This document shows, in pieces, positions 1-13,043 of a stretch of 64,000 nt of DNA. Location of the stretch: NCBI GenBank assembly GCA_965153355.1, contig OZ231126.1, positions 37,820,001-37,884,000 on the forward strand. Reading direction: 5' to 3'. The notes under the pieces were generated by a model that saw only the letters and a list, made by a program, of their open reading frames with translations, was not told where the DNA came from and made no database searches. Every line of letters begins with the position of its first letter. Position 1 is the stretch's first letter. The DNA is from Flaccisagitta enflata (Eukaryota). Made by a program: the position numbers and the translations under genes.

Positions 1-507
1 CACTGTCCTTTGGTCGGTTGGTCGGTCGATCAGTCGGTCGGTTGATTGGTCGGTTGGTCAGTTGGTCAGTAAAACTCATGTATATGTCCCCTGCACACGC
101 ACACGTGACAATTTTTCATTACTTTATATGGACCCTGAAAACGAAAAAGGACTGCCTGACTCAAGTATGTGCTCCTCTCCAAGATTTTTTTCAAGTACCC
201 CCTGCCTTAGTGTCAGTCGATTTCATCTTGCCTGTGCATCTGCCAGTCTCTATCAATCTGCTTCCCTCTCTAGTTTTCTTTCTTTTTCTATTGTCCGGTA
301 ATGTAAATATAAGCCCCTGTCTCTGTTCGCCCACATAACTAATACCCAACTTTTCTTTTCTTTTCTTTTCTTTTTAATGTGTTTTTTATTTTTAGATGTG
401 TGTTACACAGGCCGTTTTGGTCTGCCTGCCCTTCGACCTCACTGCCTATTTGTTTGACTGACAGACTCCGTCAGTCGCACTGTTCGTAGATCTCCATCTC
501 TAATATA

Positions 508-1323
508 CAGTGGACTACCGCATTTTCGTCACCTGATTTAACGACATTTTGGATTTAACAGCCAAGATTCTTTGGTCCCAAATCTTTACAGGCTTTTGTA
601 ATGTTAATTTTACTCGATTTTACAACACCTGATTTAACATCCAAACCTGATTTATAGTCGTTGATTTTAAGTCCCATGAATGACCTTATGCTGATTTAGT
701 GACATCAATTAAAGAAATTGATAATTTTCTTTAATCTAAAATTTTGATTTTTTTACCAAGTCGCAATATAAGAAAAGGAAATAAGTAAGAAATAAACACA
801 CAAATATTTGCAATAAGAACTGAAAAATTATACATAAGGACCTCAGCTCCTCTCTGAACTTTCTTTTTTGGTATTTCTCTTTGCCTCTTGGGATGATTTC
901 TAAAGTGACAGTCAAAAATCTAGGCAAAATTATTGTTCTTTGCAAGCTTGCACTGTAACTCTATCATGAAGAAAAACTTAGGGTCAGACATAGACATTTT
1001 AAAAAATGATGCCATATCATGGACTAAGAGGTTTCTGATGAATTTTGTTTGAAATAATTTGATATAAAATTTATTAAATGTGATATTTTTCAATATGCAA
1101 ATATGTTATACTAATACTAAAAGAGGCTATCTTTTATTCTATGTCAGGTATGTTGGCCAGTTGCACAAAAACTATAAAGAATGCATATACAAACATATGA
1201 AAGTATATTTCAAAACTATTTTAACTAAGTGCATCTAAAACTATAAATTCGATTTAACAACACTCGGATTTAACAACCAAAATTCCCCAGTCCCTTCAAG
1301 GTCGTTAAATCGGGTTCCCACTG
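508..1323. mobile_element. Non-autonomous Tc1/mariner/pogo-type element (MITE)
   Basis: TA|CAGTGGACTACCG at the left end and CGGGTTCCCACTG|TA at the right. TA flanks both ends. Subterminal GATTTAAC motifs are repeated, and GTCGTTAAATC near the right end is inverted relative to the left-end GATTTAACGAC. No ORF. Confidence 0.75.
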
Positions 1324-1386
1324 TACTCTGTCTCGCTGTCTGTCTCCCTATCTCTCTCTTTTTCCCTGTCTCTCTCAGTATCTGTC

Positions 1387-1417
<31 letters not shown>

Positions 1418-1425
1418 CTTTCTCT

Positions 1426-1476
<51 letters not shown>

Positions 1477-1719
1477 TTCCTCTTCATCGCCCTCTTATCT
1501 CATATATGCACATGGTGATGATGGCACGACACTGAAAGCTTCAGACAAGGCCATTACCTGGACACTCGAAAGCCAACGGCCCTCGTCTGCCTATCTTCCT
1601 ATCATTTCCTAATCCTCTCTCTTCCTCTCCTCCCTCCCTTCCCGCTCCTCCGTTTTGAGGTGTCCTCCTTCACTTTTTATCGGTTGCTCCCTTTGGTTTC
1701 TTTTCTGTTTTTCTGTCTT

Positions 1720-1883
1720 ATTCACGGGACTCAATACCGCACTTTGTTGGTCGGTCCGTACGTTTGTTCGTCCGTCCATCTGTTCCCACACACGTTATTC
1801 CGTCAGTCTGTTATCTCCCTCAGCTTTTACTTTTCTTGCCCAACCGTACGCCACTAGTATCAGTCGTGTATCCGGCCTTGCTT
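1720..1883 (+). mobile_element. HINE/DINE-1-like element, degenerate copy
   Basis: Decayed 5' motif (cacgggactc), GTCG/GTCC microsatellite, and a 3' end cccaaccgtacgccact...gtcgtgtatccggccttg matching other copies in the window. Confidence 0.65.
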
Positions 1884-1945
1884 TCTTACTCTCTACCTTT
1901 TTGCCTTACTTCTGCGATGAAGCTGTGTTTCTGATTGTGCGTATC

Positions 1946-1998
<53 letters not shown>

Positions 1999-2682
1999 CG
2001 AGTTAAGCTGTTCCGTCTATACGTTTAGGTGCTGCTCCAATTCTTTTAATTGGGAGAAATGCAAGAATTTATAAGTCAGATTATGATTTCTCCTAAAGAA
2101 ATGCTAGAGGTAAGCTGAATTTATCTTATGACGAGCGATATTTGTTTACAACGGGTCTGCTTTGGTTGCTATACTTTATGTTATATTATATTAAGTTAAA
2201 TTGATGAGTAAAATGGCAATGTGATTTCTCTTTTTGAAATTCAGCACCCTGGGCACTTTATTAGGCAAAAAAACACATACATGCATGTATCTGTAGTGTA
2301 TGTGAATATGATGTAATAAAATGCTTATTCTATATGAATGTCCGTGCTCTTTCAAGATAATCTGTTTGAAAAATGTTACTGTTTGGATAATTGTATGAAA
2401 GGATGATCAGTTGCACTCTTCGTACATGTGCGTGAAAAAGGGGTTGTAAGCCGATGTGTGTTCACGTGATTTAGAAGTTATCTCACCAATGATCTCTTTC
2501 ATTTTCATTCACGTACCTTTTTTTCTGCGCTGGAGGCTATTGTGCGACGCGTTGCGACCTTCGTCTCTTTTTCATAAACAAGGCCAACACCTATAAGTCG
2601 CGTGCAGGACAAAAATAACTGAACTGACCTGACTCCTTATTGTATCTTTTTATCGAAAATCAGACTTAAAAGCAACCCAAAA

Positions 2683-3415
2683 CAGACCCAAACAAAACTC
2701 AAACCAGACTCAAACCAGACTCAAACCAGACTCAAACCAGACTCAAACCAGAATTAAACCAGACCGAAACCAGACCTAATTCAGACATAAACCAGACATA
2801 AACCAGATTTAAGCCAGACTCAAACCAGACTCAAACCAGACTCAAACCAGACTCAAACCAGACTCAAACCAGACTCAAACCAGACTCAAACCAGACTCAA
2901 ACCAGATTCAAACCAGACTTAAACCAGACCGAAACCAGGCTCAAACCAGGCTCAAACCAGGCTCAAACTAGAATCAAACCAGACTCAAACCAGACTCAAA
3001 CCAGACTCAAACCAGACTCAAACCAGACTCAAACAAGAATTAAACCAGACCAAAACCAGACCAAAACCAGACCTAAATCAGACCTAAATCAGACCTAAAT
3101 CAAACAAAAACCAGACACAAACCAGACATACACCAGACCTAACCCAGACCTAAACCAGACATAAATCAGACATGAACCAGTCTTAAACCAGACTTAAACC
3201 AGACTTAAACCAGACTTAAACCAGACTTAAACCAGACTTAAACCAGACTTAAACCATACTTATCTTCAATATCATTTTAACCAGCAGACTTAAACCAGCA
3301 GACTTAAACCATTAGACCTGCAGACTTAAACCATTAGATTTAAACCAGCAGACTTCAACCAGCAGACTTTAACCAGCAGACTTTAACCAGCAGACTTTAA
3401 CCAGCAGACTTTAAC
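2683..3415. repeat. Minisatellite: 11-bp AAACCAGACTC/T units grading into 14-bp TTAAACCAGCAGAC units
   Basis: Directly visible tandem units. Confidence 0.95.
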
Positions 3416-4440
3416 CAAAATGACCAAAAATTACCAAAAATGACCAAAAATGACCAAAATGACCAAAATGACCAAAATGACCAAAGATGACCAAAGATGA
3501 CCAAAAATGACCAAGAATGACCAATATAGCCAAAATGACCAAAATGATCAAAATGACCAAAATGACCAAAATGACCAAAATGACCAAAATGTCCAAATGA
3601 CCAAATGACCAAAAACCAAAATGACCAAAATGACCAAATGACCAAAACGACCAAAATGACCAAAATGACCAAAATGACCAAAATTATCAAAGTGACCTAA
3701 ATGACCTAAATGACCTCAAATGACCTGAAAAGTCCAAATGACCAAAATGACCAAAATGACCAAAATGACCAATAATGACCAAAATGATACAAAATGACCC
3801 AAGATGACCAAAATGACCAAATGACCAAAATGATCAAAATGACCAAAATTGATCAAAATGACCAAATGACCAAAATGACCAAATGACCAAAATGATCAAA
3901 AGACCAAAATGACAAAAATGATCAAAATAGCCAAAATGTCCAAAAATGACACAAATGACCCAAATGACCCCTATGACCCAAAATGACCAAAATGATCAAT
4001 ATGACCAAAATTGATCAAAATGACCAAATGACCAATATGACCAAAATGAACAAATGACCAAAATGACCAAAAATGACCAAAAATGACCGAAATGACAAAA
4101 ATGATCAAAAATAACCAGAAATGACCCAAATGATCAAAATGATCAAAATGATCAAAATGACCAAAATGACCAAAATGGCCAAATGACGAAAATGATCAAA
4201 ATGACCAAAAATGACCAAAAATGATCAAAAATGATTAAAAATGATTAGAAATGATTAGAAATGATTATGAATGATCACAAACGACCAAAAATGACCAAAA
4301 ATGACCAAAAATGACCAAAATGACCAAAATGACCAAAATGACCAAAATGACCAAAATGACCAAAAATGACCAAAAATGACCAAATGACTAAAAGCACCAA
4401 AATGACCAAAAATGACTAAAAGCAACCAAAATGACCAAAA
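3416..4440. repeat. Minisatellite: 8-10-bp (A)AAATGACC units
   Basis: Directly visible tandem units. Confidence 0.95.
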
Positions 4441-5294
4441 ACGACACAAAAAGCAAACTGGAGGACCGACCGACCGACGGACCGACCGACCGACCGACCG
4501 ACCGACGGACAGAGCGGGTTGTAGAGTCGCGTGCACGCGACTAAAAAAAAAAAACTTGTAATCAAAGCTCTTTCTTCCCCGCGGCATACCCAAGCGAAAG
4601 CCTATTCAATTTTAAAAACAAGACCGCATCTCATCGTGCCAATCAGTAGAACAGTTCACGTACATTTCTGTAAAGACGCTAGGAAAAAATTTTAAAAGTA
4701 TCTTTTTCTTGGGGGGGGGGGGCGTTGGAAGTGCACGGTAATATGAGCAGTTATGGAGGCAAGGTTGGTCCATATTATCAAAAGAATGGATAGATAAGCC
4801 GACCAACGGACATAATGACAAAAGATCAAGGCCATCTGCGATTCTGCGTGCAATATAAACGGCGTACGGCAGAAATATTGCCAGAGCAGTCAGGCTTTCT
4901 TCTTTGTCTGACAAACTGTGTATGATGAACAAAATTGAGAACTGTTACACAAAAAATGATGATTTTCGGCAAAGAATGCAGATTTTTTTTTTCATTTTTC
5001 ATTGAATCTATGTCAATCAGCAAGTGGTGTTTGACATCGGGGATGTCAGCTACGCCCTGACATTCCTCTTCATACGTCGCTGGTTAGGCTTGATATCTCC
5101 ACGCCATTGGTGTTTGCGACAAGTAACCCATTCAACAATTTTCCGCTCAGTGTGTTTTTTTTTTTTTTTGGACGGCCAAAACCAAAACCTTGTTTGCCTT
5201 CTTCAATCTCCTCTGTTTGCCTCCTTCCATTCAGCTTCAATTTTTCATCTTATTCTTTCCTTCTTTTTATTGTTTTTGCTCTTCCTTTTGCCCA

Positions 5295-5547
5295 TTTTGT
5301 TCTTTTTGTTTTCTTTTTGTTTTCTTTTGTTTTCTTTTGTTTTCTTTTGTTTTCTTTTGTTTTCTTTTTGTTTTCTTTTGTTTTCTTTTGTTTTCTTTTG
5401 TTTTCTTTGTTTTCTTTTGTTTTCTTTTTTTTTCTTTTGTTTTCTTTTGTTTTCTTTTTGTTTTCTTTTTGTTTTCTTTTGTTTTCTTTTTGTTTTCTTT
5501 TGTTTTCTTTTTGTTTTTCTTTTTTTTTTTTGTTTTGTTTTGTTGTT

Positions 5548-5623
<76 letters not shown>
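5295..5623. repeat. Compound simple repeat (TTTTCTTTTG)n then (TTG)n
   Basis: Directly visible. It is the source of the F/L/V-rich spurious ORFs. Confidence 0.95.
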
Positions 5624-5624
<1 letters not shown>

Positions 5625-6755
5625 CTTCTGCCTCTTCTGCTTCTTCTTCTAATTTTTTTCTTTTTCTTTACTATTTTTTCTTTTCCCTCTTCTTTTATCA
5701 TCCCTCTGTAGCATCTTATTCTCTTTTCTTGCTGTTCTCTGTCACCTCTCTCATTCCTCAGACCACAAGTCCACACAAAACTTGTGTCTCGTCTTTTTGC
5801 TCCTTCACGCAAGCGAGATGTAGTGTTGGGTCACGCCATGAAGAGCGGGTAAGGATGGTTCATGAAGAAAAGGATTAATTTTATCTATCTAAACTGTTGA
5901 CAAAGAGCGTGATCTTTCCCGCCCGTTGGGGTCAAAGGTCAAGCACAGAGATCAAGTTCATAGTCGAGAGTGAACCTTGAGCAGAGGCGCACTCTCGATA
6001 TTCTTCTAGACTCAGAGAATGGATGGATAAGGAAGGAGGAGAGAGGGCGGCGGGTTGGGGACAGAAAGAGCGGGGGGGGTTAAGCAGTTATGTAAGACAG
6101 AAATGGAAAGCGCCTTGAAGCGCCTTGATGGCCGTTTTCGTCGAACAATATTGGGGTTAAAGAAAAAAAAGAATGACAACGCGATTCAAATTGATATTTT
6201 TCTTTAAAAGGTAACATCAGCTATGGCATTACATTTTCAAAATATAGAAATTACGCATGTGGTCATATTCGGCAGACGCTAGGAAATAAGAAAAATTACA
6301 TGATAAACGACAACAGCATTTTAGACAGAAACGAAACATACAAAAACCAACGGCCAACACCAACGAAAAACGTCGCACCCTCCATACAGCTCAGCATAAC
6401 AAATGTAAGATTTGATTGAGGTATCGTCTGATAGCCATCTGAATATTGAAATAGGAATCTATCTGATTATGTGTGTAAAATTACCACTGCTTGGATAGCC
6501 TCTTTGGGCACACTGTGCAATCGGCAACGCCTGCGCGGTGCAGATGGCCTTTTTCCAGCTCTGGTCTCTTCTCTACTGTTCAAACATTGACGTACGTTGT
6601 TTCCTCCTCCAAAATTACCGCGGAAAAGGAACCATGTTTTTTTTTCCTTTCGCAATCTGGTGGCCATCAACGTTACTTTACTTTGTCTCTGTCTATCATT
6701 CTATTTCATTCTAATCTCTGTCGCTCTTTATCAGCTGAAAAATCTCTGTCGCTGC

Positions 6756-6812
<57 letters not shown>

Positions 6813-6967
6813 CATTATTTTCTGTTGTTCCCTACTCATTTTCAGCAGACGCCTGTAGATTTTTCTGCCACAAGCCGCCCGATTCACTTTGGGATGACAG
6901 CTGACCAGCTCTCACTATCCTTTGAAAAAGCGCATCGTACTTTCATGGTCATAAGATCATCTTCAAA

Positions 6968-7180
6968 ATACAGGCCAGATATACGGCTAATAAGTAGTCG
7001 CTGGCGGGTGGGCAGGGGCAGTAATGCTGGTGAGTAAGGGCAGTAATGCAGGTGGGCAGGGGCAGTTTGTGGATGGGCAGAGGCTGTAACGCTCAGAAAT
7101 TCTTCAGCCTATTCGTCAACCAAATTTCCACGTTACCGTCAGACAGACATACCTATCCACCTACTCCCATACCTACGAAC
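6968..7180 (-). mobile_element. HINE-like element, truncated
   Basis: ACAGGCCAGATATACGGC...AGTCGCTGGCGGGTGGGCAGGGGCAG head and ACCT-type microsatellite. The terminal palindrome is missing. Confidence 0.7.
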
Positions 7181-7829
7181 AGCAATTCAAATAGACCCCA
7201 ATAGATCCTATAGTCCATCGTAGCGTGCTTGTCAAAACTGCGTCTGTTACAGTAAATTCCTGAAACGTAAAAATGATAAGCATCAAATTCGTTAAAGAAA
7301 AGCAAGGTTAGTCACTTAGCGCGCGATTCAAGTTGTGTGTGGTTGGTCAGGGACTGTGATAAAACAAAGATTGATAAAAAGGTTTCATTCAAATCCCAGA
7401 TTTCAAGATAAAAATGGGATATAGTCATATAAGCGCTCATTGGAAACTGGTTTGAATGTTTATCAAACAGACTGATTTTAAAATGAAGCAAAAATGTCAT
7501 TTAACTCATTTTAAATGGAATCGAGTTGCACATCGTCCTGTTTCTATTGACAACAACACCATGGTCTTAATTATGGTAAACATGCGTTGTTAGTCGTTGA
7601 CGCAGATTTTATCCCAAACTTCAATGTTTGAAATTAGTACGCTGTCTCTTGTCTATCTCTCTTCTGAGCCGTGACTATCTTTTATTTCAAGTTTTGACTC
7701 ACGTTTGGTTGTCTGCTCTGTTTGATACCCTCACAGTCTCTCTGTCACTCTAACACTCTGAGTTTGAGTCTCAGTCACTGTCTCTGTCTCCTTTCTCCCT
7801 CTGTCTCCTCTCTCCCTCTCTTTCCTTAA

Positions 7830-7861
<32 letters not shown>

Positions 7862-8029
7862 GGTGACACATCCTCCTGGAAATAAACTCCACCCTTGCCA
7901 TGGTTGGGTCAAAAGCAAAAATCGCAATTCGGATTTGGCATAAACATTTCCTGCAACATGAATAAATGGTACCGACGGTTTCACTGCTCCCGCTGCTCGC
8001 TCACAAGTTATTGTCTGTCTGTCTGTCTA

Positions 8030-8086
<57 letters not shown>

Positions 8087-8348
8087 AGGTCTCTAGCTCT
8101 CTTTCTATTTTTACTTTGTTCTTCCCTTGTCGAGAATCGTCTGTTTGTTTAAATGATTCTATGATTGTTAGATTATTGTAAGGTGCATCATTGCCGCTTA
8201 TGCTGTCTGTTAGTCTATTTGTCTGTCTGTCAATCTGTCTGTCAGTCTGTCTTTCTGTATTTCTGTCCGTCTGTTTTTCTCTTTGTCAATACGTCTGTTT
8301 TATTGTCCCTACTTTGCTCACCGTCACCATCTCTCTGTCTCCATCCTT

Positions 8349-8386
<38 letters not shown>

Positions 8387-8445
8387 CTCTCTCTCAACAT
8401 ATTGGCGCATGACAGCAGACGTCGGCCGCACTTGCACGGTGACAC

Positions 8446-8920
8446 CACTTTCCAAGCCTCACTATGAACTGAAACCATGAAATATCATTTTATGGAAAAG
8501 AAAATTATCAGAAGGTCTCAGATTCGATTTTTGTAAGTCTGAAAATTTACATTCATAAAAGAAAGTAATAAATGATTAAAACTAATTGGTAGATTATTAG
8601 ACGCTGTGATATGAAATTGTATGTTTTGAGAGAGAAATTGTCACATCCAGTGTCAGTCTCCTAGTCACTGTCAAGAACATCTTCACAAAAGGAGAGAGTG
8701 GCAAAAGAGGTACATAGTTAGCGGTGCCCAATACCCAATACCCTCAAGTCCCCTATCTATCACTTTCCAAGCCTCACTATGAACTGAAACCATGGAACAT
8801 CATTTTATAAAAAAAAAGAGAAAAATTTCAAAAAGTCTTAAATTCGTTTTTTAAGTCTGAAAATTTACATGCATAAAGGAAAATAATAAATGATCAAAAC
8901 TCATAGATAAATAATTAGAT
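8446..8920. repeat. A-B-A local duplication: ~155-bp A at 8446 and 8761; B also present at 10275-10436
   Basis: CACTTTCCAAGCCTCACTATGAACTGAAACCATG occurs at 8446 and 8761. GAGAGAGAAATTGTCACA...TAGTTAGCGGTGCCCAATACCCAATACCCT occurs in 8602-8760 and 10275-10436. Confidence 0.85.
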
Positions 8921-9692
8921 AAACTTTTTGAGAGCTTGTAACTGATGAAATCTGTCCATCTCTGCTTTATCAGGTAATTGCTACTGTTGGACAAATACAA
9001 AAGCATTTCTATATTTTTTTCCACTTGATCATGAAATTTTGCTATTCATTATCTGCTAAGATGTTGAAATAATTCAAGAAAATCAGTTCCTGGCGATTAC
9101 GTAACTGTTTTTCAAGGGTCTTTCTACTGTTGGATGATTCTTTATTTTTTTTTCATTTTTCTCTCTTGATTTGTTTTTTTAGCCTTGCTACATATGCCCC
9201 AGTGTCTCTGCAATTTAGGGCATCATACTTTGATGTAGACATCAATATAGATAAATGTGGAGTAGAACAATCAACTTGTGAGAGTCCTTGATATATGATT
9301 GCTACAAAACAAAATCATATAATGCGATTGATAGTATTTGTTTTTCATGGATTTTTCACATGTTTTCTGTTTGTGCTGGTCGGCGTCATAGTGCGCCCAT
9401 TCTTTCTTCTCTTGAGAATCTCCGCTTTCAGGACTTTTTCAATTTTCCTTCTTTACTTCGCCTCGCTGGGCTTTCACTCTCCCGAGCTCTCTTCACTCTC
9501 TTTGCCTGTCTCAGAGGCCGCTGGTCTGTCTGTCTGCCTGCCTGCCTGCCTGCCTGCCTTTCTGTCTCTTTGTCTGTCGGTATGTCGGTCTGTCTTTCTG
9601 TCTGTTTGTCTGACTTTCTTTTTGTTTGTCTGTCTTTCTGTCTGTCTGTCTGACTGTGTGTCTGTCTGTCTGTCTGTGTCTGTCTGTCTGCC

Positions 9693-9730
<38 letters not shown>

Positions 9731-9890
9731 CCTGTCTGTCTGTCTGTCTGTCTAGGCTTTCACTGTCCCTTGCTTTCTTTAGTCTCTTTGTCTATTTGTC
9801 TTTCTGTGTAGCACTGTAAATGTTTCTCGGTGCACATCTGTTTGTCTGTCTTTCTGTCTGTCTCGCTTAACTCTCTGCCTTCCCTTTGTT

Positions 9891-10134
9891 TTTTTGTCGC
9901 TGGCCAAACGACTCTATACGAGGTTGTGTTCAAAGGAAAGAGATAGAAGGTCTGTAACAAGTTTTGAACGAAGCGAGAAAAAAAAAAGTTGACTGAAATA
10001 GTGATTTTTTAGCATTATTGCCCCTGCCCAGTAATATTACATCACCGCCCTTCCCCATATTGGCCCTGCTGACCCGCATTACTGCCCCTGCCCAACCAAC
10101 AGCGAATACTTATTGGCCGTGTATCCGGCCTGTT
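9891..10134 (+). mobile_element. HINE-like element
   Basis: TTTTGTCGCTGGCCAAACGACTCTATA ... GGCCGTGTATCCGGCCTGTT. Confidence 0.7.
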
Positions 10135-10981
10135 GACCATGTATCCGTCCTTGTTTTTTCTCTTTTTCCGGCATCAAATTTGACTGACTGTCATCAATCT
10201 TTTTCTTCGAATAGGGAGATGCCGTTCCCTATCTTCTTGTTCGTCGGGTGAGACTGATTGCATGTCATGTTCCCAGACGCTATGATATGAAATTGTACGC
10301 CTTGAGAGAGAAATTGTCACATTCAGTGTCAGTCTCATAGTCATTGTCAAGAACACCTTCACAAAAGGAAAGCGTGGCAAAACAGACACATAGTTAGCGG
10401 TGCCCAATACCCAATACCCTTAAGTCCCCTATCTATGCTTACAGGGATGAGAGGACGTAAGCCCCCCTGTCAGATACACTCCACTTGTTGTAAAAGTCCA
10501 TAGGAAATGTTAACTAAGTACCAGATGGAATAAACAAGGCCAATTTAGCCACAAGATGTGCCATTGTGCCAGGTAAGGCCCACTCTGACCAAAATTCAAG
10601 CATTACGGTCCAAATTTTGGCTAAAAATCTGAATGCTGGCCTCAAAGATCCAGTTCCTTGCCTCAAAGAACCAGATCTCAGCCTTGGGGACCAAATTTAA
10701 GCCTTGGAGACCATCTCCAACAACCTGTCTCAATGGTACAGATCCCGGCCTCCGACACCATCTATTCATGTTTTAGAGACTCGGTTGATGGCTAGACAGA
10801 TTGCGTCTATGTTCAAAATTTGTTTTCTTCTTCTAAGCCGCTGCCTTTGTCCCCTTAATTCTCAACTTAAATCACAACTGCTATCATTTTTTTTACGATA
10901 TGAGTCTACGATGGCTGAAATTATTAAGAACATTGTAGTCTATTTGCTATGGGTCTTCTCTATCTGTTTCAAAGACTTTGG

Positions 10982-11261
10982 AAAACAAGGTCATATACAT
11001 GACTAGTAATTATTCGCCTGCGGGTGGGCAGGGGCGGTAATGCGGATTGGCAGGGGCAGCATTCGGGTGGTTGGGGCTGCAATTTGGCTCGACAGGAGCC
11101 ATTATTCTCAGAATCTATTATTTCAGCCGATTTGGCATCATCCAAAGTTCCGTGTTACAGACCAACAGACCTACCTACCTACGGACCTACCTACAGACCT
11201 ATCTGCAGACCTACGAACACAACCTCTTATAAAACAGAGTCGCTCAGCAAGCGACTTAAAA
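10982..11261 (-). mobile_element. HINE-like element
   Basis: AAAACAAGGTC head, GCGGGTGGGCAGGGGC core, (ACCT)n, and AGTCGCTCAGCAAGCGACTTAAAA terminal palindrome. Confidence 0.75.
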
Positions 11262-11561
11262 GTGACGTTCTTAGAAATTTGAAAAAGTGTAAACGGGAAA
11301 CAGTAAGTATGAAGAATGATGACATTGGCAAGTCACATGCAGAGCTTTAAAAGCCTCAAGCGAACCCGTTAATTGGGCAAAGCTGATTAACATTTTCCTT
11401 TCTCGACGACAACATTAACCGTAAAAATATTTTCCTCAAACTGCAAATCATTCTCTGGCAAGTCAATTAAAAAGGCAATGGCATCACAGCGGCACTGAAG
11501 CAGCCGTGAGGGGGAAAGAAAGAGCTGCAGCCGAAGAAACAATAAAGCCTGCTCCATTCTC

Positions 11562-11781
11562 TTTTTAGTCGCGTGCTACGCGACTCTACACCCCGCTATG
11601 TCGGTCCGTCGGTTGGTCGGTTGGTCGTTCGGTATGTCGGTTGGTCGGTCCCCTTTTTACTTTTTTGACGTTTTTGAGCTTTTTGAGCTTACGGCCCCTG
11701 CCCAGATGCCCTAGTGTCCTTCTCCAGCACTGCTCCTGCCCACCCGCACGCGACTAGGGTAGCCGTGTACTCAGCCTTGTT
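11562..11781 (+). mobile_element. HINE/DINE-1-like element, full-length short copy
   Basis: TTTTTAGTCGCGTGCTACGCGACT palindrome, (GTCG/GTTG)n, 3' inverted copy GCACGCGACT, degenerate hairpin, CTTGTT. Confidence 0.85.
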
Positions 11782-11899
11782 ACTCTATCTCTGTCTACCT
11801 TTGTCAGTCTGTCTATCCATCTGTTTTTGAGATTGACTTTCTCTCAGTCTGTAAATTTGTCTGTCTAACTTTTTTTTCTGTCTCTATCTGTCTGTCTGT

Positions 11900-12137
<238 letters not shown>

Positions 12138-12140
12138 TAC

Positions 12141-12195
12141 CATTTGTTTTGTTTAGAGATATCAAAACAGCTTCCAAACCTTTTAGTGCACCATT
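12141..12195 (-). other. Candidate 55-nt exon
   Basis: Minus strand reads ttttttctcccctccag|AATGG...AAAACAAATG|gtaagc. Both splice sites are near consensus. No transcript or homology support. Confidence 0.4.
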
Positions 12196-12324
12196 CTGGA
12201 GGGGAGAAAAAACATTGAGAAGTGATGGAAAGGACAGCAGAACAGCAGAAGCGGGAGGCAAGGCAGACACTGAACGGAGAATGAGAGAAACCGGCCGTCT
12301 TAAGAACAAAGACGCAGGTATATG

Positions 12325-12412
<88 letters not shown>

Positions 12413-12638
12413 ACCTGGGGACCTCGAGAGTACTACGTGTCCGACCGACGCATCTACCTACCTAAAAAGGTTCTTATTTTATTGAAGAAATGATGAATGA
12501 AGAGAAAAAGAGTATCCCATCGGTAAAACAGAGAAACAGAGAAAGCGCTCATTCTCTGTCGGCGCACATGGCGAAACTACGTGTAGAGAGCGAAGAAAAA
12601 AGACCAAAATAATGAGAAAAGGAGAAAAGAAGAGAAAG

Positions 12639-12719
<81 letters not shown>

Positions 12720-12825
12720 CATCAATATCGCCAACCAGCTGTTCTCAGTTTTTAAAAGCAATTGACTTTTAGGAGGGAGGAAAAACTAACGACGACAAGG
12801 TTGTTGCTAGAAAAGATGATCATCA

Positions 12826-12843
12826 TGATGATGATGATGCTGG

Positions 12844-12913
<70 letters not shown>

Positions 12914-12973
12914 AATGATAATGATGAAAACGATGACGATAATGATGACGATAATGATGACGATAATGATGAC

Positions 12974-13043
<70 letters not shown>
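12826..13043. repeat. (GAT)n microsatellite
   Basis: Directly visible. Confidence 0.95.

Larger units (their letters stand above)
2576..4546 (-). mobile_element. HINE/DINE-1-like element carrying a ~1.8-kb internal tandem array
   Basis: Starts AAACAAGGCCAACACCTATAAGTCGCGTGC and ends (GACC)n...GTAGAGTCGCGTGCACGCGACTAAAA. These are the same termini as the short copies, and they enclose the whole array. Confidence 0.85.

Noticed and set aside
2683..4440. CRISPR-like array or repetitive protein gene (FGHFGH / SFWSFW ORFs)
   Set aside because: The units are head-to-tail with no unique spacers and no cas genes. Variable unit lengths break any reading frame.
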